IMG/VR virus record: IMGVR_UViG_3300047678_000431
Coordinates: 21,174 to 85,173 of that record
DNA from: a virus
DNA: 64,000 nt
Reading direction: 5' to 3' (one strand)
Position 1 is the first letter of the stretch. Every line of letters begins with the position of its first letter. The notes beneath the pieces were generated by a model that was not told the DNA's origin, did not search any database, and was given only the letters and a program-made list of their open reading frames with translations. The translations under genes and the position numbers were made by a program. Shown here one piece after another: positions 28,892 through 38,993 of the stretch.

Positions 28892-30301
28892 ATGACGATG
28901 GATTCGTCGATTGACCGTACGCAGGCGCGCGTAATCGCTATTTGTTTTGACGGAACGGTTCTGCAATTAAACGAGATTGAACAAATCAACGTTACGAAGT
29001 CTGATACCGGCGACGCGGGTGAGTTTACGATCTCCCTTGCGCTCGGCCTAAATCTTCCCGCTGCCGTGAAATTGCAGCCGATGGATTATATCGCAATCTT
29101 TGTCGGCCGCAACTCGACATCGACCGGTGGTTCAAAGGCGGCGGGCACGAATTCTGATCCGTTTCCGGCCCTTGGTCCGAGTAACGTGCAAGGCCTTACC
29201 TATGGGGCCGAAGGCGCGCAGATTACCAAGACCCTCGGCGCATTCTCCTCGTGTCTCATGATCGGGATGCTTGACGTCGTCCATGAGACGCAAACGTTCC
29301 AAGGGCAACCGACGGCGACGCTCGAGCTTCGGGGACGTGACCTCACGAAGATCTTCCTCGACAACGATACCTTCGTACAATATTCGATTCCCGCGAGTGA
29401 TCCGAATAATGATAACGGCGTCGCGAGCCTTTTGCAGATTCCGCTACGGACCGCAACGAGCGGAACGCGTCTTCTCCTCGACATCTTAAACGTCTTTTGT
29501 AAAAAGAACCCTCCCTCGATCATCCCGTATTCGGGCGCAGGCGGCGCGCAAGCCGTTAACACGGCCGGGTATCTCACTGGTGATGCACTTGCGCAAGTGC
29601 AGGCGTACGGGTATAACTGGGACCGGTTTATTTCGACCGCACATCTCGACATCAATTTCGTGAGTCTCTCGTCGGACTTCTTCCCGACGTATTCCGTACA
29701 AAGCGGAAGCGTGTGGGCGAATTGCCTTGAACTTCGGAACTTTCCCGTCTGCCGACTCTATGTCGACGAACTCGGTAATCTCATCTATGACGATCAATAC
29801 ACCGTATGGACGAATCCTGCGATCGCCGGAACGATTGAAGCGGCCGATGTGCGCAGTTCTGAGTTTTGGCAAACCGACGAAGATCTTCTCACCGCGATCA
29901 CGGTAATTCCCGCGCTTGCGAACTGCGCCGTCAGTGAGATCGCGGCATTGTTATCGACGGCGCGATCACGCGTCCCGGTTGACAAGGATACTATCCAGCG
30001 ATTCGGTTACCGATGGACTTCGTTTGTTTCGCAATATGATTCCGTCAAGGCATTTCAGACGCTCGATAAACGTTTCAAGGCCCTTTGGCTATTGCATAAC
30101 ACGTTGACGCGCGGGCGCGTTATCGTCAAAGGTGATGCGAAGTTCCGAGTCGGTCAACGGTATCAGCTGAATTTCGGAGGGGCAAACGCTGCAACGCAAT
30201 TCCGTTCGTGGTATGTGACAAACACTGATCACAATTATCAGTTTGGTTCCGATTACACGACGACCCTTGAATTGCGTTACCCGTTGCCGGTCGCAAAATG
30301 A
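28892..30301 (+). CDS. Baseplate hub protein
   Basis: LRGRDLTKIF, IQRFGYR, VKGDAKFRVG, WYVTNTDHNY..G..YTTTLEL. Confidence 0.75.
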   Translation: MTMDSSIDRTQARVIAICFDGTVLQLNEIEQINVTKSDTGDAGEFTISLALGLNLPAAVKLQPMDYIAIFVGRNSTSTGGSKAAGTNSDPFPALGPSNVQGLTYGAEGAQITKTLGAFSSCLMIGMLDVVHETQTFQGQPTATLELRGRDLTKIFLDNDTFVQYSIPASDPNNDNGVASLLQIPLRTATSGTRLLLDILNVFCKKNPPSIIPYSGAGGAQAVNTAGYLTGDALAQVQAYGYNWDRFISTAHLDINFVSLSSDFFPTYSVQSGSVWANCLELRNFPVCRLYVDELGNLIYDDQYTVWTNPAIAGTIEAADVRSSEFWQTDEDLLTAITVIPALANCAVSEIAALLSTARSRVPVDKDTIQRFGYRWTSFVSQYDSVKAFQTLDKRFKALWLLHNTLTRGRVIVKGDAKFRVGQRYQLNFGGANAATQFRSWYVTNTDHNYQFGSDYTTTLELRYPLPVAK

Positions 30302-31215
30302 TAGAACAAGGTCGATATAAGAATCAAAGCTGTTTCAATTATACTGAGACGATTGCCGCGCGCGTGCTGTACTGTTATCAGCTTCCCGATAGTGATACGA
30401 AATCACGTGTCTTATATGCGCAATGTGCCGCCCTCGATGGGCGATCCACGTGGAAGGCACGGGTCGCATCCAGTTTCGGCGTCTCGCGCAATGTTCGCCG
30501 TGGCACGATCGTCGCGTTGAGTTTCATCTCGGGTCTTTCAAATTACCCCGTCATTATCGGGCACATGCCGAACGAAGAAACGAATCCGGGTTCTGCGAAT
30601 CCGCTTCCCCCTCCGCATATGACGCCCTCGGATCAAGTCTACTACCATCCCGAAACCGGCGCGTTTCTCAAGATGAGTTCCGCAAAGGCGACGCCGACGG
30701 ACCCTGGCCCCGATAACGCTCCCGGGTTGATCGACATCGAACTTGCGTCGGGCGCTGCTTTCCATTTGAGCGAAAGCGACGATCGGACATACGGGAGCGT
30801 GACGCTCAATATGCCGTCGGGTGCGACCTTGCAGCTTGCGGACGCGAGTTCGAGTTCGTCGGCGTTCACGTTGACTTTGCCGTCGGGCTTCTCGATGCAA
30901 GTCGACGCAAGCGGAAACCTGATGATGCAATCCCCCGGCACGGCGCACATTGAATCGACCGGCCCGATGACGATTGATTCTTCGGCGAGTGTTGAGGTTT
31001 CCGCGCCGTCGGTTGCCTTGAACTCGGCGAACGTTGCGCTCGGCGGGACCGCCGGATCGGGTCGTCAGCTTGCGTTTCAAGATCAACTGCAAGAAGTGCG
31101 AGACTTTCTCGCGGTTCACAATCATAGCGGCGTGCAGGGCGGCCCGGGAAACACCGGTCCGCCGGTAGGCGCGCCGATCGAGCCGACCGGTACGACGAAT
31201 ACAAAAGCCGTTTAA
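30298..31215 (+). CDS. Baseplate spike (gpV/gp5-like)
   Basis: N-terminal OB-fold-like region (YPVIIG), beta-helix repeats, HNH.GV..G.G.TGPP metal-binding tip. Confidence 0.82.
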   Translation: MIEQGRYKNQSCFNYTETIAARVLYCYQLPDSDTKSRVLYAQCAALDGRSTWKARVASSFGVSRNVRRGTIVALSFISGLSNYPVIIGHMPNEETNPGSANPLPPPHMTPSDQVYYHPETGAFLKMSSAKATPTDPGPDNAPGLIDIELASGAAFHLSESDDRTYGSVTLNMPSGATLQLADASSSSSAFTLTLPSGFSMQVDASGNLMMQSPGTAHIESTGPMTIDSSASVEVSAPSVALNSANVALGGTAGSGRQLAFQDQLQEVRDFLAVHNHSGVQGGPGNTGPPVGAPIEPTGTTNTKAV

Positions 31216-31224
31216 GGGGATGCC

Positions 31225-32787
31225 ATGAGGTCACTTCGCGCAGCACTCTTTTTGATCTTTCTCCTTGCGGCCGCAATCCCGGCGACGCTCGTCAATGCGC
31301 AATCGGCGACGTATGTCTATGCGCCGCAGTTTGTCGATGCGAACAATCACCCGCTCGCGGGCGTGACCGTCATTCTCTATAATCACGGCGCAGCGCAAAA
31401 CCCGGGTAATGTCATCGCATCGGGAACAACCGATTCGACCGGTCATCTCTCCCCCGGCGTAACGCTTGAGATCGGCAGTGTGTATGATTTCACAACGTCC
31501 TCACCGGCTGTGCCGCAAGGACAGTTCACGGCGACGGCTCCGCGTCAATTAGTCTTGATCCCCGGTCCTGCCGGTCCGACCGGGCCGCCTGGTCCGGCGG
31601 GATCTCCTGGTCCGACGCTTCCCCCGATCACCATTACCGGCACCGGCGGCGCGACGGTCACGCAACCGACACCCGGCGCGTATGTCATTAACGCCCCGAC
31701 GGCCGCGCCTGCGGGTGCGGGCGTGCCGACCGGCGGTGGATGCGTCTCGCTGAACGGATCAACGAATCCGAACACGCTGACGAATACCGGATATACATGC
31801 GGTGCGTATAACACGGGCGCGTTCTATATCCCGGCCGTCGGATCGTCTGTCGGGATCACGACCGAGCCCGGGAACGCCGCGTTTAATGCGGGTACACCTC
31901 TTACGATTACCGATGGTACAAATATCATCGACGGGCACGTGACGACCTCGACCTCAAGCTATAGCGCGCAATCGTTTACCTTTACCACCGACCGCATTAT
32001 CCACGGCACGGCCGGGCAGTTCATGGGCGCATATTCGCAAATCTCGAGCGGATCGTATTCGTCCGGTATGCCCTTTACCGCCGGTGATGCGAATATCGTT
32101 TTCGGAGGCACGCCCGCCGCGCCGACGTTGTCTCTGGCGACAAGCCCGTCGATCACTGGCACATATTTTGCCCTCGCCGGTTCAAGTGGGACGTTGAACT
32201 ACGGTATCTATATCGGTGGACCGTCAACGGCGAATTTCCCGCATGCAATCGGCATCACGAATGACGCGGGAAACAATACAACGATCGGCGTCGATGATAC
32301 GCACTCGGTTGCCGGAACGTCGGGAAGATGTCTTTCGATTGCGCAAGACAATTCCGGTACTTACAAGGGCGAGTTACTTGGCCTTGATTGTTCGGGGAAT
32401 CTTGGTATCTTGGGTGCGTACACATCGGCGTCGAGTCGTCATCTCAAAGACAATATTTCACCCTTTAGCACGGATGAATTGCAACGCGTTCTTCATTCGA
32501 CCAAGATCGTGAAGTATTGCTATAAGTCAGAACATTGCAAATCGCATGAAACACGTGAAGTCGGAATCATCGCAGAAGATACGAGTTCACTGATTGCCGG
32601 TTCGAAACACGATCATCTTGACGTCGGCACGATGGCGAGCGTCTCGTTCTCGGCGTCGCAATACAACGACCGGCGAATTGTCGATCTTGAATCCGTCATT
32701 CACTATCTTCGCATCGCGATTTTTGGTCTATTGATCATAAATTGCGCGATCGTCTTCCATCTCTTTTATCGCAATCGAGGTCGCTAA
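31225..32787 (+). CDS. Fibre-like protein: signal peptide, collagen-like stretch, peptidase S74 chaperone domain, C-terminal TM
   Basis: MRSLRAALFLIFLLAAAIPATLVNA; GPAGPTGPPGPAGSPGPT; SSRHLKDNI...VGIIAED; IAIFGLLIINCAIVFHLFY-RNRGR. Confidence 0.75.
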   Translation: MRSLRAALFLIFLLAAAIPATLVNAQSATYVYAPQFVDANNHPLAGVTVILYNHGAAQNPGNVIASGTTDSTGHLSPGVTLEIGSVYDFTTSSPAVPQGQFTATAPRQLVLIPGPAGPTGPPGPAGSPGPTLPPITITGTGGATVTQPTPGAYVINAPTAAPAGAGVPTGGGCVSLNGSTNPNTLTNTGYTCGAYNTGAFYIPAVGSSVGITTEPGNAAFNAGTPLTITDGTNIIDGHVTTSTSSYSAQSFTFTTDRIIHGTAGQFMGAYSQISSGSYSSGMPFTAGDANIVFGGTPAAPTLSLATSPSITGTYFALAGSSGTLNYGIYIGGPSTANFPHAIGITNDAGNNTTIGVDDTHSVAGTSGRCLSIAQDNSGTYKGELLGLDCSGNLGILGAYTSASSRHLKDNISPFSTDELQRVLHSTKIVKYCYKSEHCKSHETREVGIIAEDTSSLIAGSKHDHLDVGTMASVSFSASQYNDRRIVDLESVIHYLRIAIFGLLIINCAIVFHLFYRNRGR

Positions 32788-33164
32788 TGTCCTCACCGCA
32801 AATTGACGTCGATCCGAATATTACGATCATCACACCCGACTCGGCACTTCCACTGCCGCCGGTGATTTCGCAAATCGGTCAGATCACGACGAACGTCATT
32901 TGCGTGATCTATCCGCCGACGGTGACGACGGCCGCCGCGATCGGTCAGATTTTGCTTTATCGCGCACCGACGCCGCATGGTCCTTGGACCCTCGTCGATC
33001 AACGGACGATTTCCGACATCTCTCGGAAAAACAACCTTTTCGACACCGATCCCCTTTTCGGTATTACGTCTTACTATGGGGCGACGGTCATTGATACCGT
33101 CGGAAACGCTTCGACGTTGTCCGTTCTTCAGCAGATTTCACCCGCCGCATCTTCGGGGTCTTAA
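32787..33164 (+). CDS. Fn3/Ig-like virion protein
   Basis: LYRAPTPHGPWTLV...YYGATVIDTVGNAS; TAATG coupling. Confidence 0.55.
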   Translation: MSSPQIDVDPNITIITPDSALPLPPVISQIGQITTNVICVIYPPTVTTAAAIGQILLYRAPTPHGPWTLVDQRTISDISRKNNLFDTDPLFGITSYYGATVIDTVGNASTLSVLQQISPAASSGS

Positions 33165-33169
33165 CGTCT

Positions 33170-33982
33170 ATGTCGTTTTTTTATGCGACCGATCCGACGG
33201 TCATTGCGGGGATACCGGCCGCAACGACGACGGTCGAAAGTCCGATGCTCTTGTCCGTCGGGCAGGCAAGCGGGATCGGGGTTGCCTCGGCGCTCCTTCC
33301 TGATCAAGTGACGAATGCGTCGGTTGCGTCGATGCAGCTTTTGCGTACGCTTCCCGGCGGGATGCAAATGCCGGTGGATACCCGAGACGTCGATCGCAAT
33401 TCGCGATGGATGAACCTCTTCGATCAAAACCCGGCCGATGGTCAGATTGCGACATACGCGGTCGTCGCCATTTCTGAAGACGGCACGCAATCGAGTGAAT
33501 CAAATTCGATTACATACACGGCGTACGGAAATCCGCCGCCCCTCGCGTCGGCCGGTGGTATTTCAGCGGGGGCGCTTGGGACCTACCCGCTTCTCGGGAG
33601 TGATGTCTATATCAACCCGATTTCCGGTGAGGCCGTCATCGGTCCGAATGGTGACCTCTTGACGGTCAACGGCCTCGCACTCCTCGGCCAGGATCTCAAT
33701 ACGCGCATTCGCACGAAGATCGGCGAACTCGTGTTTCACCCGGATTTCGGCCTGTTTGGTGGCCTGATCGGAAGCGGTCAATCCGATCCCGCGACGATGG
33801 CAAACACGCTGCGCACGCGGGTCATTGACGCGATCACGGCTGACGCGCGTGTCTATCAGCTTGACGAGGTTATCATTGCGCACCCGTATTTTGACGGGTG
33901 GCAAATCTCATACCTTGTGTATGCGATCGGCGTCGAGGACCCGCTACGCGGAAACCTTGTGTATCCCTATTTGAACGGCTAG
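33170..33982 (+). CDS. Baseplate wedge subunit (gp25/gp46-like) with N-terminal Fn3-like domain
   Basis: GDLLTVNGL..L.QDL..RIRT..GEL.FHPDFG, DARV. Confidence 0.75.
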   Translation: MSFFYATDPTVIAGIPAATTTVESPMLLSVGQASGIGVASALLPDQVTNASVASMQLLRTLPGGMQMPVDTRDVDRNSRWMNLFDQNPADGQIATYAVVAISEDGTQSSESNSITYTAYGNPPPLASAGGISAGALGTYPLLGSDVYINPISGEAVIGPNGDLLTVNGLALLGQDLNTRIRTKIGELVFHPDFGLFGGLIGSGQSDPATMANTLRTRVIDAITADARVYQLDEVIIAHPYFDGWQISYLVYAIGVEDPLRGNLVYPYLNG

Positions 33983-34001
33983 GCTTCGCGCTTTTTCTCC
34001 C

Positions 34002-34045
34002 GTGCTTGCGTGCGTGCGTGTATGCGTGCGTTCGTGTTTTTGCGT
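34002..34045. repeat. 4-bp-periodic TGCG array 1 (intergenic)
   Basis: TGCT TGCG TGCG TGCG TGTA TGCG TGCG TTCG TGTT. Confidence 0.85.
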
Positions 34046-34067
34046 ACCTTCGAAAGGCGGCGCCCGG

Positions 34068-35375
34068 ATGTCGACATCCACCGTTTCAACGACGTTTTCG
34101 ACGACGAATCCATCGGCGTCGCTGCCGTCCTATCCGACGGCTGCCGAGATTCTGATCGGTATTCAACAATCGGTTCAAAAACTCAATGGACTTATCACAA
34201 ATTTCAATGCGGGCGGCGTGACGGAAACCTACCTTGAAGGACTCTCGATCCTTTTAGGTTCGGATTCTTCGACGTTGCCGAATGTGACGATCGAGGGGGC
34301 TTATGAACTTCTCGCAACCGTGGCCGAATCGGCCTATGCATCCACCGCAAAAGGACCGGCACTTGATCTCAAGGGCCTCGATGTCGGCGTTGAACGCAAG
34401 CAGGCGACCACCGCGACGGCACCATTGCAATTCGCTCTTCCCCAACCGGCGACCGCGCCCGGTTATGTTATAGCGGCGAATACCATTTGCAGCGCAAACC
34501 CGGCCGACCCGACGCAAGGCCCGATTCTCTTTCAAACGACCGAGGCCGTCGTCGTCCCGACGGGGCAAACGCTTGCCCCGAATACCGTGCCGAGTGTGGC
34601 GATGGTCGCCGGTTCAAACGGTAACGTCATCGCCGGTGCGATCAATACCTGTATCACAAACGGTCAGTTGATTGTCACGAACCCCGGCAAGGCAAGCGGC
34701 GGGACCGATACCGAGATTGACGACGGCAATGATGGGGGGTATCGCAAGCGCGTCCTTGCCGCGATCCCAAACTCCTCACAATGCACGATCGCGGCCATCG
34801 AAAACGATGCGCTCGCGTTTCCGATTACCTCGGCCGTTCTCGTAGAAAATACCGCTGACGACGGCGTCACGCGGGAGCTTGGGCGCGGACAACTCTACAT
34901 CGACGACGGGTCGGGTGATCTCGGCAGTAGCTCAAACCCAAATTATGCATCGTTTGTCGCATTGCAAAACGCGTTTGATACGGGACTTTACCGCGCGGCC
35001 GGAACGCAAGTGCATGTTCGGGGTTCCGAATCGGTTGCGGTGGTTATTTCGCTTTCCATTACCGCAAGTACGCAAGCGATTACCCTCGGCGCATCCGAGG
35101 CGAGTATTGCATCCGATGTGCAGTCGGCGATTTACTCCTATGTTCAATCGCTTGTGATGGGGCACCCTGTTGACGTTGCGTCGATCGTTGCAATCGCAAA
35201 GAATGTCTTGTATAACGGCGGCGATACGAATGAGGTCGCAAACGTCAACGTTTCAAGCGTGCTCATCAATGGATCGAATTCTGATTTCACGCCGCAAGTG
35301 TATCAGCTTCCGCGCGTGCTCCCGAACATCTCGTCGATCACGGTCAACGTGACCGGCGTGTCTTCCTACGTGTAA
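34068..35375 (+). CDS. Baseplate J-like protein
   Basis: ITNFNAGGV, A.G.ALD, ERKQAT.A, GSNGNV.AG.I, SGGTD.E.D...YRKRV, RAAGT.V. Confidence 0.9.
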   Translation: MSTSTVSTTFSTTNPSASLPSYPTAAEILIGIQQSVQKLNGLITNFNAGGVTETYLEGLSILLGSDSSTLPNVTIEGAYELLATVAESAYASTAKGPALDLKGLDVGVERKQATTATAPLQFALPQPATAPGYVIAANTICSANPADPTQGPILFQTTEAVVVPTGQTLAPNTVPSVAMVAGSNGNVIAGAINTCITNGQLIVTNPGKASGGTDTEIDDGNDGGYRKRVLAAIPNSSQCTIAAIENDALAFPITSAVLVENTADDGVTRELGRGQLYIDDGSGDLGSSSNPNYASFVALQNAFDTGLYRAAGTQVHVRGSESVAVVISLSITASTQAITLGASEASIASDVQSAIYSYVQSLVMGHPVDVASIVAIAKNVLYNGGDTNEVANVNVSSVLINGSNSDFTPQVYQLPRVLPNISSITVNVTGVSSYV

Positions 35376-35390
35376 TCAGAGGGGCGCCGT

Positions 35391-36053
35391 ATGAGCTTTC
35401 TTTCGAGCCCGGCATCGTTGCTCGCGCAATTCTATCCGATCGCGCCATTCAATTTCGAAGCGCCGGTCGATCCCGGTGCAAACGTGCCCCCGATGCAGGC
35501 GATCTTACGTGTTGCTTCTGAGCGCCTCGCGCAAATGGAAAGCGACATTCTGCTTCTCCTCTCGCAAATGACGGTACAAGAGGCCGCCGGTCGGTATCTC
35601 GATTTACATGGCGTTCTCTATGGCATCCCGCGCATCATTGCGCCGAATTATGAACTCGATGGTCATTATCGCGCGCGCATTCTTGCCGGAACAAAGAAGC
35701 TCACGATTCCCGCAATTCGCGCCGTCGTGCAATCGTATTATCGGTCGATCTTACCGGCAAATCAGCAACCGACGGTCGACGTGTATGACTTGCAGAGTAA
35801 CCCAACAAAGTCGGCCGCCGCAAATCTCGTCATTTTTCAATTTTGCATCGACGTCGATTTTCAGGTTCTTGCATCAACGGCGTTCTTCTTCGATCGTTCT
35901 TATCTTGATACGAACGATTTTCTTATGGACTCGGGTGCTACGAAAAACACGCCGAGCGACCCGATCCTTGCCGCGATTGTGAACGCGACAAAGGCCGCAA
36001 ACACGGAACCCGTGTGGATTCAACGTTTTCACTTTGTCGATTCATACTCTTAG
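35391..36053 (+). CDS. Baseplate wedge (gpI/DUF2313-like)
   Basis: AAGRYLDLHGVLYGIPR...YRARIL; follows J. Confidence 0.75.
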   Translation: MSFLSSPASLLAQFYPIAPFNFEAPVDPGANVPPMQAILRVASERLAQMESDILLLLSQMTVQEAAGRYLDLHGVLYGIPRIIAPNYELDGHYRARILAGTKKLTIPAIRAVVQSYYRSILPANQQPTVDVYDLQSNPTKSAAANLVIFQFCIDVDFQVLASTAFFFDRSYLDTNDFLMDSGATKNTPSDPILAAIVNATKAANTEPVWIQRFHFVDSYS

Positions 36054-36062
36054 GGGGAGCCG

Positions 36063-37427
36063 ATGCCTGCACTGCGCACGTTTTATCAGTTCGGCATGCA
36101 AGGCCGTTCGCAAGACTGGAACAACGACGGATATAACGTCGGTACCCTTGTCGGCGAAGTTATGGCGGCGTTCGTCGGCGAGACGGAAGTTCGCCCGTCG
36201 GTCAACGCGATCACCGTCGTTCCCGGATCGGGCCTTTCGGTTGTGGTTGGCGGTACCGGTCAAACGGTATTCGTCCGCGATTCAAATGGGAATTTGCAGC
36301 TTGCCGATTATCTCCCGGCGGATACGATCACCCTTGCGGCGGCCGACCCTTCGCAAACACGCATCGACCTTTTGAGTTTCGTCTACCTTGAAGGCGATGG
36401 CGGCGATTTCAATGTCGCATATGAATCGCCATCGGGGACGATAACCCAACCCCCGAATGGTGTCGAGACGCATTACGTCGCGCGGGGCGTTCAAATTACG
36501 TTAACCGAGGGAACGCCCGGGCAACCGGCCCCGGCAACCCCTGCGGGAAGCTACCCGCTCGCACATATTCAAATTCTCGCAAACGCAACATCTCTCACGA
36601 CGGCGAATATCAATGTCGTCGTGCCGACGCTCTCGCAGGCGTTACAGAGTGCCGGGTCCGCATCGAATACGACGTATTCGTCAGTGGATAATTATATCGC
36701 GTTTGACAACGTCGGGCCGAATCAAATCGGCCTGCGACTTGTAAAACCTTATCCAACGTTTTATCAGTCCGACGATGGGTCGATCAAGTTTTCAATAACT
36801 CCGGCAACCGTCACCGAACCCGCGCTCGGTGACCCGATCACCTTACACGCAACGGTCGACCTCGCCGCCGCCACCGCCGCCACGACAATCGGATCGTCGA
36901 GTTCCCTTGCATTTAATGCCGGGGTCGTCTTTTACCGGCAACGCGGCAACGCTGGCACGAATGAAGCGGGGCTTGAACCGGGAACGCCTCTCGCACCGTA
37001 TCCAAGCGGCGGCACGCAGTCGCCGAGCCCCGGCGACGCCTCGATCTCGCCGGTCGGGTGCTTTAATGGTGCCGTCGCGTTTAATTCGTCATATACGGGG
37101 CCGCAAACGATTCAAGCCGAGTTTGTCGTCATGGTCAAACCCGGTGCCGGTGCGCAAACCGTCGGCGGCGCGAATAGTAATAATGCGACGTTAAGCAATG
37201 GAACGTGCGCGGTGTATTTTGACAATACCGCCGTGTCGACGCTCACCGGGCCGACCAATAATACGTTCACGTGGTCCGCAACAATTCCCGATGATGGTCA
37301 TCCGCATATCATCGTTTTTCATATCAACTATAATGGGCCGATCACCGCGCAGTGGAATGTTTGGTTGCCGCTTAGTGCGGGCGGGGGCGTTGACGCAACC
37401 AAGATCGGAATGGTAGGGCCGACATAA
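36063..37427 (+). CDS. Tail fibre protein
   Basis: AAADPSQTRIDL, GTPGQPAPATP.GSYPLAHI baseplate-attachment motif. Confidence 0.7.
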   Translation: MPALRTFYQFGMQGRSQDWNNDGYNVGTLVGEVMAAFVGETEVRPSVNAITVVPGSGLSVVVGGTGQTVFVRDSNGNLQLADYLPADTITLAAADPSQTRIDLLSFVYLEGDGGDFNVAYESPSGTITQPPNGVETHYVARGVQITLTEGTPGQPAPATPAGSYPLAHIQILANATSLTTANINVVVPTLSQALQSAGSASNTTYSSVDNYIAFDNVGPNQIGLRLVKPYPTFYQSDDGSIKFSITPATVTEPALGDPITLHATVDLAAATAATTIGSSSSLAFNAGVVFYRQRGNAGTNEAGLEPGTPLAPYPSGGTQSPSPGDASISPVGCFNGAVAFNSSYTGPQTIQAEFVVMVKPGAGAQTVGGANSNNATLSNGTCAVYFDNTAVSTLTGPTNNTFTWSATIPDDGHPHIIVFHINYNGPITAQWNVWLPLSAGGGVDATKIGMVGPT

Positions 37428-37930
37428 TGACGTTGCAAGAAGAAATCAGCGATCTTGTCGATGATGGAGAAAAGCGCGGTCGCATGTATAGCGATCTCGC
37501 AAAACAATCGCGCGATCTTTATCACGCGACCAAACTTGCATTGAGCGTCGCCGATAATCTCGATATTCCCGGATGGCATATCGAACGTGTGCCGATCCCT
37601 CTCTTCGGGGTCGAAATGCGATTATGCGAGGCGACTGAAGTCGGCGTGAAATACCATTTAAGCCGTGATGAAGCGTATGACATCACGATCGTCGTGCAAC
37701 GTGGTCTTTTGCACGTGGAGTATCCCGACGCAGGCGAAGCCGGTACGTTCGAAATGGATGCTGGCCGCATGTGGTATTTGCCCGCAAATGTCGCGCGAAC
37801 GACCTTCTCCGCAGAAGTGCCGACCACGCTCTTCGCGATACTGTACGGAAGGCCTCAAGATCGTGGAAGAACCGATGCCCCAAAGTGGCCCTTTGTCGCT
37901 GAGCCCTTGGATAGCAGAAAAGATCATTAA
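37427..37930 (+). CDS. Cupin-like protein
   Basis: YH...EAYDITIVVQRGLLHV...AGRMWYLPANVAR. Confidence 0.5.
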   Translation: MTLQEEISDLVDDGEKRGRMYSDLAKQSRDLYHATKLALSVADNLDIPGWHIERVPIPLFGVEMRLCEATEVGVKYHLSRDEAYDITIVVQRGLLHVEYPDAGEAGTFEMDAGRMWYLPANVARTTFSAEVPTTLFAILYGRPQDRGRTDAPKWPFVAEPLDSRKDH

Positions 37931-38237
37931 GCTTTCTGAGGCGACTTCGCAACTTGCGGCGCTGGGGCAAGCGACGAATGAACGGGTGAATTCGAATTCA
38001 AGCCAACTGATAAAGCTCGAATCCGAAATCGACCAACTCGATAATCTCCCCGATCGCGTTAAGGCGCTCGAAGACTATAATGCGGCGGACGTCGCGCGCG
38101 CGAATAAACGCAAAGAAGATCGCGAAGCGCGTCAGTCCGACATTCTCAAAGAATCCGCAAAGGGCCTCGCTACGGCGGCCGGTGGATACCTTGTCGCGCA
38201 ATGGCCGACGATTTACAAATGGTTTATGCATCACTAA
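37875..38237 (+). CDS. Coiled-coil + C-terminal TM protein (XhlA/holin-like)
   Basis: Heptad region then hydrophobic C-terminus; directly upstream of endolysin. Confidence 0.55.
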   Translation: MPQSGPLSLSPWIAEKIIKLSEATSQLAALGQATNERVNSNSSQLIKLESEIDQLDNLPDRVKALEDYNAADVARANKRKEDREARQSDILKESAKGLATAAGGYLVAQWPTIYKWFMHH

Positions 38238-38246
38238 GGGGACGAC

Positions 38247-38993
38247 ATGAGTATCATCACCGCGCATTGGTCTGCGACGTCGCCCGATGATTCGGGCGTG
38301 TATCACCGGCTCGGCGATTATCATGCTGAGTTCGGATTGATCAAACCGTTGTCAAACACGGTCTTGACGCATTGCCGAAATGCAGTCCACCCGGCCGATG
38401 TGCCGTGGAGTGATCTTTCACATATCTTCGCGGTTTGGAAGAATTACAATTTCGATACGGCGACATCATACGGGACGTGGATGTGGAATCACGATTTCCG
38501 TGATAATACTCCGAATATTGAAGTCGCCGCGTTGTGTATGGGTGGGTCGGATGTTTGCACGACCGATTTCGGCGCGCATCCGTTTACAAAGGCGCATGCG
38601 TGGATGATGGCCGGTGTCATTGCGCGGATCGCAAAACTCAAAGGCATTGATCCGATGCAATCATTCGAGGCGGTCAATGGGTACATGAACGGGCCGCTCT
38701 TTGCGGTTTCCACGCATGGCGAGCGTGCGTACCAAACGGAGAATATGCAAGTCGAGAACGCCGATCGTGGATACTCCGGGTATCGCGGATACGGCGCGTA
38801 TTCTGCCGACCCCGACATGCGATGGGATCTTGACGTCCTCGACGTTGCCGATCTCAAGGCGCTCGGAAGTTTTCAAACCGCATACGCTGCGACGAAATCT
38901 TCGGCGGCATGGCTACGCAACGCGGCCGCGTCGATTATTCACGCAAACTACACGGCCGACATGTGGGGCCTTGACGTGGCCGTCGCGCGTTAA
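38247..38993 (+). CDS. Endolysin, N-acetylmuramoyl-L-alanine amidase-like
   Basis: HWSA...YH...NT.NI..A.LCM...THGE...RWDL. Confidence 0.75.
   Translation: MSIITAHWSATSPDDSGVYHRLGDYHAEFGLIKPLSNTVLTHCRNAVHPADVPWSDLSHIFAVWKNYNFDTATSYGTWMWNHDFRDNTPNIEVAALCMGGSDVCTTDFGAHPFTKAHAWMMAGVIARIAKLKGIDPMQSFEAVNGYMNGPLFAVSTHGERAYQTENMQVENADRGYSGYRGYGAYSADPDMRWDLDVLDVADLKALGSFQTAYAATKSSAAWLRNAAASIIHANYTADMWGLDVAVAR

Noticed and set aside
31225-37427. Diversity-generating retroelement or invertible fibre cassette
   Set aside because: No reverse transcriptase or invertase, and no TR/VR repeat pair noticed
22508-37427. Extracellular contractile injection system or tailocin
   Set aside because: Capsid, portal and terminase are present, so this is a genuine phage tail
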